64,000 nt of DNA from Candidatus Enterousia sp. (GCA_045114635.1 JBGUKY010000007.1:4628-68627), one strand, 5' to 3'; shown: positions 1 through 9,964, counted from the first letter of the stretch. Numbers and translations are program-made. Notes: generated by a model from the letters alone, not told the origin.

Positions 1-2621
1 GAACTTTCGATAACATCATAGAAAGAAGTTCTTATTGTTCCACGTCCATTCATAACTGTTGATGCGCGCGCTGAAGAAGTTGTAGATGTTGCATTTCTCC
101 AAAAAGCATTACCAGAAGAAGATACTATATTCCCTTTGGAATAATAATATACTGCAAAACCAGGTGTAATTGCACGTTCAAGATTAATCAAACCATATCC
201 GTAAACATCTTTAAATGCATTAAGGTATTCTTCAGATTCTTCCAATGTCCAATTTTCAAAAGATGTTGCGATTGGTAAATCATACATACTATCCAAATAC
301 TTTGCCAAACTCTGTGTTGATAAAGTTTCGCCCTTTGTTGTAGTTTTCAAAAATGGGCCATCAGCAGTCAACGCCAACAAAGTAAACACTTGATCATTTG
401 TCATGTAAGAAAATGCGGACTTAACAGATGCAACAGCCCCGGCGGCAGAAGCCGTAGCCATTTCTGCTGTTGGACCAGCGGCAGCAAAACACCATGGATC
501 GACACCGCTGCCACCGACACCAGTCAAACCACATTTACGTGACATATAATAATTTCCTGTGGAATCTTGCCATACAGACAGTTTTATTTTTCCTGTACTT
601 GTTCCGTCACCATAACCAGCAACACTAGTTGCACTGGATGTTCCGCCAGAATTATTCACAGCAACAACTGTCATAAAATTATGATTTAATGTCCCAGAAT
701 AAATCAAAGGCGCATAATTTTCAAAAGTCGCGGAAAAAGGATCGTTTATTCCAATAGAGGCAGTTGATGCTTGCGCCAAGAAATCACCCGCAGGCATCAC
801 TATCATCGGAGTGCTTGCTGTTGAAGTGGCTTGATTCATTCCTGAAAAAGCAAGATTTGCTGATGAACCTTGGACAGACTTTGCATTACCATAATCATAG
901 TAATTATTTATTGCCGCTTGATACACCTGAGCTGCAGAACCGCTACTATTTTTGACAGAAATTCCAAAATTTTCAACTGTTGGGTAATACACATCGTAAG
1001 AGCTTTGCAAAACATTTGTCATTGCAACCACATCAAGTGCAGGAATGACATTGGAATTAACAGCTAAATTCAATGCTTGGAAATTAGTGAATGCAGATGA
1101 AGATTGCGTCTTTTTGATATAAATATTTTTATTTTCATCAACCGCGTATACAGTGTCAATATCATAACCACCAGTTGAATTTACATACCAATATCCGTCT
1201 GTACCAACATAAATTGCTATATTAGAACCAGAGGCACATCCAGACGAGACACATTTTGCTACAAACATTTTCGAATTTGACGCCAGTTTATAAGTTTTTC
1301 CATTAACGGTAACGGTTGGGGTTACAGTGGCTGGATCCAAAGCATTATATATTTTATATTCATAATCGGTATCGTTAAAAGTTATAACATCGCCAACAGA
1401 TAAAGTCGTATCATCACTATCTAATGTAGCGACATTTGTTTGTGTTGTAGTTTCTTTCCATACTTTACCATTTCCTGTTCTTAATATAGCCAATTGAGCA
1501 TTTGGAACAAAACCGTACAAATCACCATAAGAACGTTCATCAGATTCCCATCCAGCAACTATCTTTGCCAGCGCAGAATCATTAACATTTGCGAATGGAT
1601 TAAATGCCGAACCAGAACCAGACAAATCGAAAGCTGTCTTTGTTTCTACGATATTACCTTCACCATCGTGTGTATTATTGAAATATTTATCAACAAGCAC
1701 GCTTTGCGTATCATCTTGACCAACCACATAACGAATACCTCTTGCAGAATCTGCAGAACCTGCCGGATTAATTCCATTTCCAGTAATCAATGCGATACGC
1801 GCAGGTTGCCCTTGCAATGGAATATCATTAACTTTCAAAGTTGCTGTTACCGGGGCATATGAAGAGTTTCTAAGTGTATCTTGCCCCAAATAGCCACTAA
1901 CAATCGGATGATAACCATGCATGATCAACAAATAATTTTGAAAATCTTTATTCAATCCATCACTGATAAAGTTATTCGCAGTTCCTAATCTTAAATAATT
2001 GAAGTCCGCAGTTTCTGCATCTATAAAATCAACCAATGCAGTATCAATATTAAAATTCGGATTCAAATACGCAGGCCCATAAGGCGTTGCACCAATATCC
2101 CATTGTGTTCCAGAACCGCCACTGCTGCCACCGCCACCACCGCCAGAATGCGATCCACCAGACTGTGATGCTTCATTATTGTTTTTTGCCTTGAACGCAT
2201 CTGTTAATAAAGCAACACCACCAATTACTGCAGCAACGCCAACCGCAGATAACAATATGACGTGTGAAGAAGAAAGTCCGCTAAAGAAACCATATTCTTC
2301 ACCATTAGCCGCAACACGTTTTTTCTGTTGATAGTTTTTTATTTGACGATCGCAATTTGATGCGTCAGCACCATACATTTGCAAAACCTGAATTGCGCGT
2401 CGATCGTTATTCATAACCGCAGTACATACCAACGACATTCCAGTAGAATCAACATAGTTCACATCAACACCACGATTGATTAAAACCTGGACAGTTTGGG
2501 TATCACCACGACGTGCTGCAGACAATAATTGTGATGCATTTTGAAAATCAGATGAAGTTGCCGCGAACGACACACATGGAAACAAAAGCCATAAAACGCC
2601 CAAAAATCTAATAAACTTCAT
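1..2621 (-). CDS. Large exported protein (C-terminus lies beyond position 1): signal peptide, ankyrin repeats, hydrophobic segment, Gly/Ser linker, degenerate subtilase(S8)-like region
   Basis: Own translation of the minus strand from ATG 2621..2619 gives MKFIRFLGVLWLLFPCVSFAATSS. It continues SAARRGDTQTVQVLINRGVDVNYVDSTGMSLVCTAVMNNDRRAIQVLQMYGADAS (ankyrin-type), LSSSHVILLSAVGVAAVIGGVALL and SGGSHSGGGGGGSSGGSG. The frame appears open to position 1 and is absent from the ORF track because there is no stop in the window. Around 430-500, AAAGPTAEMATASAAGAVASV resembles the S8 serine motif GTSMAAPHVAG but has no Ser. Confidence 0.7.
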   Translation of the reverse strand, partial: MKFIRFLGVLWLLFPCVSFAATSSDFQNASQLLSAARRGDTQTVQVLINRGVDVNYVDSTGMSLVCTAVMNNDRRAIQVLQMYGADASNCDRQIKNYQQKKRVAANGEEYGFFSGLSSSHVILLSAVGVAAVIGGVALLTDAFKAKNNNEASQSGGSHSGGGGGGSSGGSGTQWDIGATPYGPAYLNPNFNIDTALVDFIDAETADFNYLRLGTANNFISDGLNKDFQNYLLIMHGYHPIVSGYLGQDTLRNSSYAPVTATLKVNDIPLQGQPARIALITGNGINPAGSADSARGIRYVVGQDDTQSVLVDKYFNNTHDGEGNIVETKTAFDLSGSGSAFNPFANVNDSALAKIVAGWESDERSYGDLYGFVPNAQLAILRTGNGKVWKETTTQTNVATLDSDDTTLSVGDVITFNDTDYEYKIYNALDPATVTPTVTVNGKTYKLASNSKMFVAKCVSSGCASGSNIAIYVGTDGYWYVNSTGGYDIDTVYAVDENKNIYIKKTQSSSAFTNFQALNLAVNSNVIPALDVVAMTNVLQSSYDVYYPTVENFGISVKNSSGSAAQVYQAAINNYYDYGNAKSVQGSSANLAFSGMNQATSTASTPMIVMPAGDFLAQASTASIGINDPFSATFENYAPLIYSGTLNHNFMTVVAVNNSGGTSSATSVAGYGDGTSTGKIKLSVWQDSTGNYYMSRKCGLTGVGGSGVDPWCFAAAGPTAEMATASAAGAVASVKSAFSYMTNDQVFTLLALTADGPFLKTTTKGETLSTQSLAKYLDSMYDLPIATSFENWTLEESEEYLNAFKDVYGYGLINLERAITPGFAVYYYSKGNIVSSSGNAFWRNATSTTSSARASTVMNGRGTIRTSFYDVIES

Positions 2622-2753
2622 AGACCTATTCTCTCTTTTCGAAAAGTCTATCATAAAACGACGCATCGTGTCCAGAGTTTTTACTTATATATAATGGTAT
2701 TTTTTCTTTGATTTGATTCTCGATTTTTGATATAGTTATTCCCAAGAGAGAAA

Positions 2754-3617
2754 ATGAAAATTCGCGATTTGATTTTTTTCAATTTAGTGTTGTTATGCCC
2801 TACTTTTGTCTATGGGGCCTGTTCCGTTGCTAATTTGACACGTTGTCTTGATTCAGTTTGTGCAATAAACATTGGCGCAAATCCAGCGGCGCGCTGCCAA
2901 TATTGCGGATCCGCATCTGCGGGCGAACCAATTAAATCAACAGCAATGAAAAGCGTATCTGCTGGATCATCTGCTAAATACGTAATTTCTGACAAGGAAT
3001 TGAAAAAGGCTCCATCTGATCCTGGTGAAAGATATGTTTGGGGAACAAAACTTTGTTTGGAAAAAGTTTCTGGATGTACACCTGATGACGTTACTGACAA
3101 TTACGACAAATTGATTGAACAATCTTGTACTGCGGCCGGTATCGCAACAGATATGGCAAATTTGGTAAAGAAAGCCAATACCCAGAAAACACAAAATGAA
3201 TGTTCGACAGAAATCACAACATGTGTGATTGATGCGAAACGTTGCACCGCTGATTACAGAAATTGCGAATCGGATGCAGACTTTGATAAATACTTTGCAG
3301 AATGCAGTGTGTTATCAACTGGATGTGAAAATTTCTTGACCGCTATCCGCACAAATACAGATTTATCACGTAAAACAGCAATTGCAAATGCGGACAAATT
3401 ACTACAAAACATTGTTACATCTTATAAAACAACACGTGAACAGAAATTGGCATCGGCCCAGACATCTTGTAAAAATAACAAGGCAAGATTGGAATGCGTG
3501 GCTCGTGTTTGTGCAAGCAATATGCGCAATAAATGCGAAATTGGTTTTGATTATGAAAAAACAGTCGCTGAACAATTATGTAAGTTCTATGACACAGCAT
3601 GTGAAAGGTTGAAATAA
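2754..3617 (+). CDS. Secreted cysteine-rich protein (gene 1 of a 4-gene operon)
   Basis: 287 aa with signal peptide MKIRDLIFFNLVLLCPTFVYG/A. About 20 Cys follow the signal peptide, with an N-terminal C-x7-C-x4-C-x11-C-x2-C motif. The stop is 2 nt before the next start. Confidence 0.75.
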   Translation: MKIRDLIFFNLVLLCPTFVYGACSVANLTRCLDSVCAINIGANPAARCQYCGSASAGEPIKSTAMKSVSAGSSAKYVISDKELKKAPSDPGERYVWGTKLCLEKVSGCTPDDVTDNYDKLIEQSCTAAGIATDMANLVKKANTQKTQNECSTEITTCVIDAKRCTADYRNCESDADFDKYFAECSVLSTGCENFLTAIRTNTDLSRKTAIANADKLLQNIVTSYKTTREQKLASAQTSCKNNKARLECVARVCASNMRNKCEIGFDYEKTVAEQLCKFYDTACERLK

Positions 3618-3619
3618 AA

Positions 3620-4900
3620 ATGATAAAGAATAAAAATATTTTTGTCGCAACTTTATCCATGATAATGGCAATGTGTTTAGTGTCTGTTGAAAATGCAAAC
3701 GCTGCGGCACGTACGACAGCAGGACGTAGCACACCTGTGGCAGCGGCTGGACATAAATCCGTGGGTGCAACAACACAACGTGTCGAACCAGTTACAGAAA
3801 CTGTTGCAGAAACTGTCGCCGAAGAACCAGTTGAACCAATAGTTATAAATAAATCATCTGAATTTGAATTATCTGTGTCGTCTGTTTGGGAATCTGCCGT
3901 AGAAAATAACTCTTTTGCAGAACAAATTCGCAAACAACGCGCCGCTATCGCTGCAGCAGAGGCATCAAGTGCCGCAGCAACCGCACAAAAAGAAGCAATA
4001 TCAAATAACAGCAATGTTTGCGATCGTGACTTGCGTAAATGTATGCAGACAAAATGTGGAAATGATTTCACAAAATGCGCATTAGATGGTGACACAATAT
4101 TCGGTGACAAATTAAATGCATGTCGCAATGGTACAACCTGCACTGCTGAAGAGTTTAATTTGTTTGTTCCAGAAATTCGTGCTGATCGTGATATGAATGT
4201 TCGTTTGGCATCTTATAATCGTGTTATAAATTGTGGTAATCAATATAACGCATGTATCGTGAACGAATGTGGCACAACATATAATAAATGTTTAGGCAAA
4301 CCATACGCCGATGCCGCAATACAAAAATGCGCAACCATCGCCAAAGATTGTACCGAGGCTGATTCAGGTTTGGCAAATCGTTTTGGTACCGCGATTGGTA
4401 AATTACGTGAAAACGCAGAAAAGGAAGTTAAACGTGATGAAGAACGTATGTACACATTACGCGATTCAATGCGGTCTGCATGTAAAAGTTTGGGTGCAAC
4501 GTTTGATGAACGTACATTTGATTGTGTTTATACTGTGAATTTCTTTGCGGGTGAAGATCAAACCACACCAACTGCATCACGTAAACGCTATGCCGGTGAT
4601 TCATTTATATGTATGCAGGAATGGTTTGGTATAAACGCAACAACATTCAAAGAAAACGCATATCGCGAAACACGTGCACAAACGGCGGCTTCATCCGCAA
4701 TGTTGGGATCTGGCGTTGGATCCGCGGTTGGTATGATAACATCCGGCGCAATTGACCGCGCAATCGAAACCCAAAAGGTAAAGAAAGAATATAAGAAAGA
4801 AGAAAAAGCACAAAAGAAAGCAGAACGTCAAGAAAAAATGGGTGCAATTGCAGATGCACTTGCTGAATTCTTTGCAGGAGCACAAGAAGGTGGTAACTAA
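3620..4900 (+). CDS. Secreted Cys-rich protein with C-terminal glycine-zipper hydrophobic segment and Lys/Glu tail (operon gene 2)
   Basis: 426 aa with a signal peptide ending SVENANA/A and a VAETVAETVAEEPVEP linker. The Cys-rich domain starts CDRDLRKCMQTKCGNDFTKC. GSGVGSAVGMITSGAI is followed by KKEYKKEEKAQKKAERQEK. Confidence 0.75.
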   Translation: MIKNKNIFVATLSMIMAMCLVSVENANAAARTTAGRSTPVAAAGHKSVGATTQRVEPVTETVAETVAEEPVEPIVINKSSEFELSVSSVWESAVENNSFAEQIRKQRAAIAAAEASSAAATAQKEAISNNSNVCDRDLRKCMQTKCGNDFTKCALDGDTIFGDKLNACRNGTTCTAEEFNLFVPEIRADRDMNVRLASYNRVINCGNQYNACIVNECGTTYNKCLGKPYADAAIQKCATIAKDCTEADSGLANRFGTAIGKLRENAEKEVKRDEERMYTLRDSMRSACKSLGATFDERTFDCVYTVNFFAGEDQTTPTASRKRYAGDSFICMQEWFGINATTFKENAYRETRAQTAASSAMLGSGVGSAVGMITSGAIDRAIETQKVKKEYKKEEKAQKKAERQEKMGAIADALAEFFAGAQEGGN

Positions 4901-4904
4901 AAGA

Positions 4905-6200
4905 ATGAAAACGAATATGAAAATCTTTACAGTTTTAATGTTGGCATTGACCACAATGCCCTGCTTTGATGCATTTGCATTACGCGGAAGCACAGATTGC
5001 AAAGGAGATGTAGAACAAAAAGCTTTCTTGGTCTGGGGCGGAGATAAAATGGAATCAGGATTCGAAAGTTTTTATTCTGATTTTGAAAAACAAGTTTACA
5101 AAGATACGGCATCCCTTCAAAAATTTCAAAAGAAATGGACAGATGCGATAAAAGATGAATCGTTATTGGGTGATTGGGAATATACAAAACCTTTGTCTTG
5201 TGATAAAGAAAAAGGGTGTTTTTTTAGATGTAATGGATACGAAGCCACCTGTCAAAACGGTCAAAAATTAAAAGACTGTAATAAAAATGTTTATAATTGT
5301 AAGGTTGGACAAAAAATAGAAGAAGAATATAAATCTTACATGGTAAGTAAAATATGTTCCACTTCCTACACCACAGCTACACTTAGTAAATCTTCCTCAT
5401 CTGTTACAACATCTAGTTCTTCTGCCAAGAAAAAATGCGAAGGCGATTTGGTTTGGGTGGAAAGCATGCAAGCATGTCAGACACCCGAAACAGCAACAGC
5501 CAACATGGAATTTGATAAAAAATTAAAAGAATGTGAAGCTGGTGGTGCAACAGGTTATTCACAAAGCAAAGGTTGTTTGTGTCCAAATGAAACAACACAA
5601 AAATGGGATGGAACAAAATGTATCACTGTCGCAACCGCACAAGAAAATGAATTAACAACCGTCACTAATCCCGCACCTGTTGTCGCAGAAGAAGAACATG
5701 AAACACAAACAAAATCTAAAAAAGATTTGTGTGCCGAAAAAAATGGTAAATGGGATGGTGTAAGTATTTGCTATTGTAATGGAAAGGCGATAAAATCTTT
5801 AGATGAAAACACCACATCTTGCCAAGAACAAAAGAAACCGGAAAAAGCAGTCGCACAAACAACAACAGACCCAAAGAACAACGCATTAAAAAAGAAAGGT
5901 ATGGTTTGCACTGATGCAAAACAACACCATCTTTTGGCTACTTATAATGAAAACCAAGAATGTATTGTCCAATCTTGTGTCGCAGGATATAAAGTAAATG
6001 GAAATGCTTGCGAAAAAGAAGAGAAAGCTAAAAGCAAGGAAGCAGATGAAGCTTATTCTAAAACAATTGATAGCCTTATAAAAGAATACAAACAACTGGT
6101 AGATAAAATTGTGGCAGATTGTAAAAACAAAGGTGGTATATTACGTGATGATGGATGTGAACCAAAACCGCAGAAGGAACAAAAAAACGGGGATAAATAA
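4905..6200 (+). CDS. Secreted Cys-rich protein with EGF-like Cys spacing (operon gene 3)
   Basis: The track ORF starts at 4842, inside the upstream gene. ATG 4905 gives signal peptide MKTNMKIFTVLMLALTTMPCFDAFA/L, 4 nt after the upstream stop. About 24 Cys. Repeated units are CEGDLVWVESMQAC, CPNETTQKWDGTKC and CAEKNGKWDGVSIC, and CIVQSCVAGYKVNGNAC is EGF-like. Confidence 0.7.
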   Translation: MKTNMKIFTVLMLALTTMPCFDAFALRGSTDCKGDVEQKAFLVWGGDKMESGFESFYSDFEKQVYKDTASLQKFQKKWTDAIKDESLLGDWEYTKPLSCDKEKGCFFRCNGYEATCQNGQKLKDCNKNVYNCKVGQKIEEEYKSYMVSKICSTSYTTATLSKSSSSVTTSSSSAKKKCEGDLVWVESMQACQTPETATANMEFDKKLKECEAGGATGYSQSKGCLCPNETTQKWDGTKCITVATAQENELTTVTNPAPVVAEEEHETQTKSKKDLCAEKNGKWDGVSICYCNGKAIKSLDENTTSCQEQKKPEKAVAQTTTDPKNNALKKKGMVCTDAKQHHLLATYNENQECIVQSCVAGYKVNGNACEKEEKAKSKEADEAYSKTIDSLIKEYKQLVDKIVADCKNKGGILRDDGCEPKPQKEQKNGDK

Positions 6201-6201
6201 T

Positions 6202-7356
6202 ATGTTAATGAAACGCGAATTTTTGTTTGCAATATTATTATGTGCACCATGTATAATGATGCCGGTATTGCCATCTGTTGCAGAAGAAGCCACTCCAACA
6301 ACATCATTAAGCGGTAACACGATAGAAGAAGCGCGCGCTTCATTAAAAGATGCATACACAGAAGCAAAACAAGAACACCCGGAAGTATCAGAAGAAGCAA
6401 TTACAAATAATGATAAAAAATTAGAAGGCGCCATAACAGAATCAATGGAAGAAGAAGATTTTGAATTTGAAGACGAAGACAAAGAACAGATTTTGGCCGA
6501 CAAAAAACAAAAATACGAAGATGCCAAAAAAAAGGAACAATCGTTGGCAAATCGAACATTGACCGCCGCTTCAATTGCGGCAACTGGTATTGGTGGTATG
6601 GAATTGGCACGCGGTCTTTCTGAACAAAAGGCAGATAAAGATGCCGCAAATGATATGGCTGCATATATTGCGACTATGCGTTGTACATACGCGGAAGGTA
6701 AACAAGTAAAGGCCGGCCCAGAAGAAATCGAATTGCCAGGTGGTAATGATCAAACACTTATGAACTTGCGTAATGAATATTTCGCATTGGCCAAAGATTT
6801 GAAAGAACGCAAAAATGCTTTGGGCTTGAAACCAGGTATCGAAAGCGAAGAAATTTTGGATAAATCTGCAACAGGACTTTATGACGACGAAAGTTTGGCT
6901 ATAGACAAAAGTGCATATGCTTCGTTATATCGAGCACAAATGCTTGGTTCCGAAGAAGATCAGAAAAAAATTGACGAAGAACAATCTGCATCCAAGAAAC
7001 GTGTTCTTGGTGGTGCTATCGCCGCCGGTGCCGGTGTAGTTGTTGGTGTTGTCGGCAATTCACTTATTAATGGAAAATTGGGTGAAAAAATCAAAGCTTT
7101 GAAAGATAAAAAAGAATCGACAAAAGAAAATGATGAAATTATTCAATCTTGGAAACAAGGCCTTAATAAAACTGGTATGAAAAACGTCAACAAATTGGAT
7201 CTTTCCGGATTTGATATGACAGACACAAAAGAAATTTTAGACGGAATTAAATTTGAAGATTTTAATCTGAGCAACAAAGATGCAACACAAGATATAGATA
7301 TAAATAACGGTTCAGAAGGTTTGAGTAAATCACTTACTAATTTGTTTAATGAATAA
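6202..7356 (+). CDS. Exported acidic protein with two Gly/Ala-rich hydrophobic (glycine-zipper-like) segments (operon gene 4)
   Basis: The track ORF begins with TTG 6109, inside the upstream gene. ATG 6202 gives MLMKREFLFAILLCAPCIMMPVLPSVA/EE, 1 nt after the upstream stop. Other elements are EEEDFEFEDEDKE, AASIAATGIGGMELA and GGAIAAGAGVVVGVVGNS. Confidence 0.7.
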   Translation: MLMKREFLFAILLCAPCIMMPVLPSVAEEATPTTSLSGNTIEEARASLKDAYTEAKQEHPEVSEEAITNNDKKLEGAITESMEEEDFEFEDEDKEQILADKKQKYEDAKKKEQSLANRTLTAASIAATGIGGMELARGLSEQKADKDAANDMAAYIATMRCTYAEGKQVKAGPEEIELPGGNDQTLMNLRNEYFALAKDLKERKNALGLKPGIESEEILDKSATGLYDDESLAIDKSAYASLYRAQMLGSEEDQKKIDEEQSASKKRVLGGAIAAGAGVVVGVVGNSLINGKLGEKIKALKDKKESTKENDEIIQSWKQGLNKTGMKNVNKLDLSGFDMTDTKEILDGIKFEDFNLSNKDATQDIDINNGSEGLSKSLTNLFNE

Positions 7357-7380
7357 CAAACAAAATGAACGTTTATTAAT

Positions 7381-7415
7381 AAAAAACACCCGCGATTGCG
7401 GGTGTTTTATTTTTT
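7381..7415. terminator. Bidirectional intrinsic terminator between operon gene 4 and rplI
   Basis: aaaaaACACCCGCgattGCGGGTGTtttatttttt: a GC stem flanked by A and T runs. Confidence 0.8.
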
Positions 7416-7429
7416 AATAACAGAAATAA

Positions 7430-8017
7430 TTATTCTGCTTTTGCTTCTTCGGCAACTGGTGCAGTTTCTTCAGCAGTTTTTTCTTCTGCTTTTTCTTCTG
7501 CTACTTCTTCTTCAACTTTCTTTGTTCCGAAAGTCAAAGTTTTACCAGCAACCAAAGCATCGATTTCGTCTTGAGTTTGTGCAACGTAAATCTTTACATC
7601 AACAATAACGTCTGGATGTAATGCGATTTTTGTATCAAATGCACCAACAGACTTAATTGGGGAACCCAACATAACCTGGGCACTTTCAACATTAACGCCA
7701 GCGATTTCTTTCAATGCGCGTGCGATGTCGCGTGAAGATACAGAACCGTATAATTGACCTGTATCACCTGCTTGACGGATCATATGCAATTTTGCGTTTT
7801 TAACTGCATCAACTTTTGATTCAGCTTCTTTCTTTGCATTTTCGTGTCTTGCAACCAATTCTGCTTTTTTCGCTTCGAACAAAGCAACGTTTTCTTTTGT
7901 GTAACGCAATGCTTTGTTGTTTGGTAATAAATAGTTACGAGCATAACCAGTTTTAACTTCGACTGCATCGCCGATGTTGCCCAATTTTGTAATTTTTTCT
8001 GTTAAAATAACTTTCAT
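7430..8017 (-). CDS. rplI: 50S ribosomal protein L9 with acidic C-terminal extension
   Basis: MKVILTEKITKLGNIGDAVEVKTGYARNYLLP is a canonical L9 N-terminus. The gene is downstream of rpsR. The tail is KKVEEEVAEEKAEEKTAEETAPVAEEAKAE. Confidence 0.95.
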   Translation of the reverse strand: MKVILTEKITKLGNIGDAVEVKTGYARNYLLPNNKALRYTKENVALFEAKKAELVARHENAKKEAESKVDAVKNAKLHMIRQAGDTGQLYGSVSSRDIARALKEIAGVNVESAQVMLGSPIKSVGAFDTKIALHPDVIVDVKIYVAQTQDEIDALVAGKTLTFGTKKVEEEVAEEKAEEKTAEETAPVAEEAKAE

Positions 8018-8049
8018 TTTATCTGTCCTTTATTTAATAAAGTTAGAGA

Positions 8050-8277
8050 TTAGCCCAAGTTATTGCGAACGAAAGGCAATAATCCCAAATGACGTGCACG
8101 TTTAATAGCTGTTGCCAATGCACGTTGATCTTTTTGTGAAACCCCAGATATACGAGATGGAACGATTTTTCCACGTTCTGTGATATAATGGGACAATAAT
8201 TTCACATCTTTATAGTCAATCACTTTCCCTTTTAATGGGTTAGATTTTTTACGATAAATTGCTGCACGTACTGCCAT
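8050..8277 (-). CDS. rpsR: 30S ribosomal protein S18
   Basis: 75 aa with [37 protein letters not shown]. The gene lies between rpsF and rplI. Confidence 0.95.
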   Translation of the reverse strand: MAVRAAIYRKKSNPLKGKVIDYKDVKLLSHYITERGKIVPSRISGVSQKDQRALATAIKRARHLGLLPFVRNNLG

Positions 8278-8618
8278 TATGCCACCTCTTCTTCTGTAGA
8301 TTTTTTCATCATGATAGATGGTGTTTTTGCCAATTCTTCAACGCGAACGTTCAAGAAACGAATAACATCTTCATCAATGCGGGAACGACGTTCCAATTCT
8401 GTGATTTGATTGCCCGGCAATTCAATGTTCATCATAACATAGTGAGCCTTGCGGTTTTTACGAATGATGTATGCCAAATTCTTCAAACCCCAAAATTCAG
8501 TGGATTTAACATCGCCACCTAATTCTTTGATAATTTGTGCAAATTTGTCCGCTTTTTCTTTTACCTGCGGTTCGGTCAAGTCCTGACGAAATACCAGGAC
8601 GCTTTCATAATAAGCCAT
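8277..8618 (-). CDS. rpsF: 30S ribosomal protein S6
   Basis: 113 aa starting [19 protein letters not shown]. It is first in the conserved rpsF-rpsR-rplI order and overlaps rpsR by 1 nt. Confidence 0.9.
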   Translation of the reverse strand: MAYYESVLVFRQDLTEPQVKEKADKFAQIIKELGGDVKSTEFWGLKNLAYIIRKNRKAHYVMMNIELPGNQITELERRSRIDEDVIRFLNVRVEELAKTPSIMMKKSTEEEVA

Positions 8619-8789
8619 TTTATTTCCTTTGGTTTATACAGCCGACAAGCCCATCTTGCCAGCAGGAACATCCCCCATTATGAAGATTTTTTCGAAAAAA
8701 GCAAGTGTTTTTATACTTATCTATATATATACTGTTGACACGCGCATTAAAATTTTACTAAGATTTGTGTAACGAGAGATAACAAATAC

Positions 8790-9938
8790 ATGAAACGATT
8801 TCACAGAAATCTTAATATAATGTCTGTGTTCACCGCAGTTTTGCTGGTGTTGGGCCTGCTTTTTTGGCGCACTGTTTTTAACATAGCGATTACAAATGTG
8901 GTGCTTAACGGGATCATTATTGGGACAACTTTGTTCGGTATCGGGCTCTGTTTTGTGAATATGTTCAAATTGGTGCCGGAATATAAATGGCTTCATGCGT
9001 ATTTCGAAGGTCGTGCCGATTATGGCTATACGCCAAGTTTGTTGCGCCCTATTTCCATGGCTTTACATAATCGCCATATTCATATCACCACAAACACAAT
9101 GTCTGATTTGCTTGATATGGTGGCCAATCGTATTGAAGACAAACGCGATTCAGTTCGCTATATCACAAATACCTTGATATTCTTAGGTTTACTTGGCACG
9201 TTTTGGGGCTTGATTTTAACGGTTGGTGGATTCGCAGAATTATTGATTGGTATTGATTTCGAAGATCCAGAGGTTTTACAAATAATGCAAATTGGTATGG
9301 CGGGCCCATTGTCTGGAATGGCTACTGCGTTCACAAGTTCGCTGCTTGGTTTGGCTGGAAGTTTGGCTGTCGGATTCCTTGGGCTTCAATTACAATTCGC
9401 ACAAAATACAATTTACGAAGAATTGTCTGATTTCATGTCGCAATATGTTTTACAAAATCCTGCGACAAGTTCTGGCATTACAAAGATTGCTGAAAAGGCA
9501 CCAGTAAGCGCAAATACATTTACTAAAATCGCAGAAATACATGATGCGTTTGTGGATGCAGATTATGTGGTTCATGATTTAATAAGAATTGATGGAAAAT
9601 ATCCTGCACTTGTCGCGATTGGTACAGATGAGAAATTATTCATCGCCACCCTGAATAATGATGTAGATGTTTTACGAAACGCAATCAAACGCATACAACT
9701 TTGTTTTGCAGATACATTAGAAGGTGTCAACATAGATGCACGTGTATTTTGTATATCCGGGAAAAATATAGATATGGGTAATCACATTGTTCGTTTCGCG
9801 TCAACTGATGCTTTGCGCAAGTATCTGATGGCACACAAGAATCAAAAACCAACAACAAAACAAGATCGCGATACTTTCGATGCATACGCAAAATACATTG
9901 GAACCGCGGTTGACTATTTGTTCAAATCTAATTCATAA
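8790..9938 (+). CDS. MotA/TolQ/ExbB-family proton-channel protein with an extra ~150-aa C-terminal soluble domain
   Basis: 382 aa. N-terminal TM helices, then LGLLGTFWGLILTVGG and MATAFTSSLLGLAGSLAVGF, which match the MotA/ExbB channel signature. The C-terminal part (from about nt 9490) is non-membrane and unrecognised. Confidence 0.75.
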   Translation: MKRFHRNLNIMSVFTAVLLVLGLLFWRTVFNIAITNVVLNGIIIGTTLFGIGLCFVNMFKLVPEYKWLHAYFEGRADYGYTPSLLRPISMALHNRHIHITTNTMSDLLDMVANRIEDKRDSVRYITNTLIFLGLLGTFWGLILTVGGFAELLIGIDFEDPEVLQIMQIGMAGPLSGMATAFTSSLLGLAGSLAVGFLGLQLQFAQNTIYEELSDFMSQYVLQNPATSSGITKIAEKAPVSANTFTKIAEIHDAFVDADYVVHDLIRIDGKYPALVAIGTDEKLFIATLNNDVDVLRNAIKRIQLCFADTLEGVNIDARVFCISGKNIDMGNHIVRFASTDALRKYLMAHKNQKPTTKQDRDTFDAYAKYIGTAVDYLFKSNS

Positions 9939-9964
9939 AAAATAAAGAGAGAGGGAGAAAAATC

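Noticed and set aside
3415-4143. Long antisense or alternative-frame ORFs in the track, e.g. 3415..4143(-), 6141..6527(-), 10095..10553(-), 18882..19337(-), 40788..41156(+), 43045..43738(-) and 28842..29198(+)
   Set aside because: They lie opposite to or out of frame with ORFs that have clear homology or signal peptides. They have odd composition (Cys/Phe/Leu-rich or low-complexity) and lack ribosome-binding sites. They are typical shadow ORFs.
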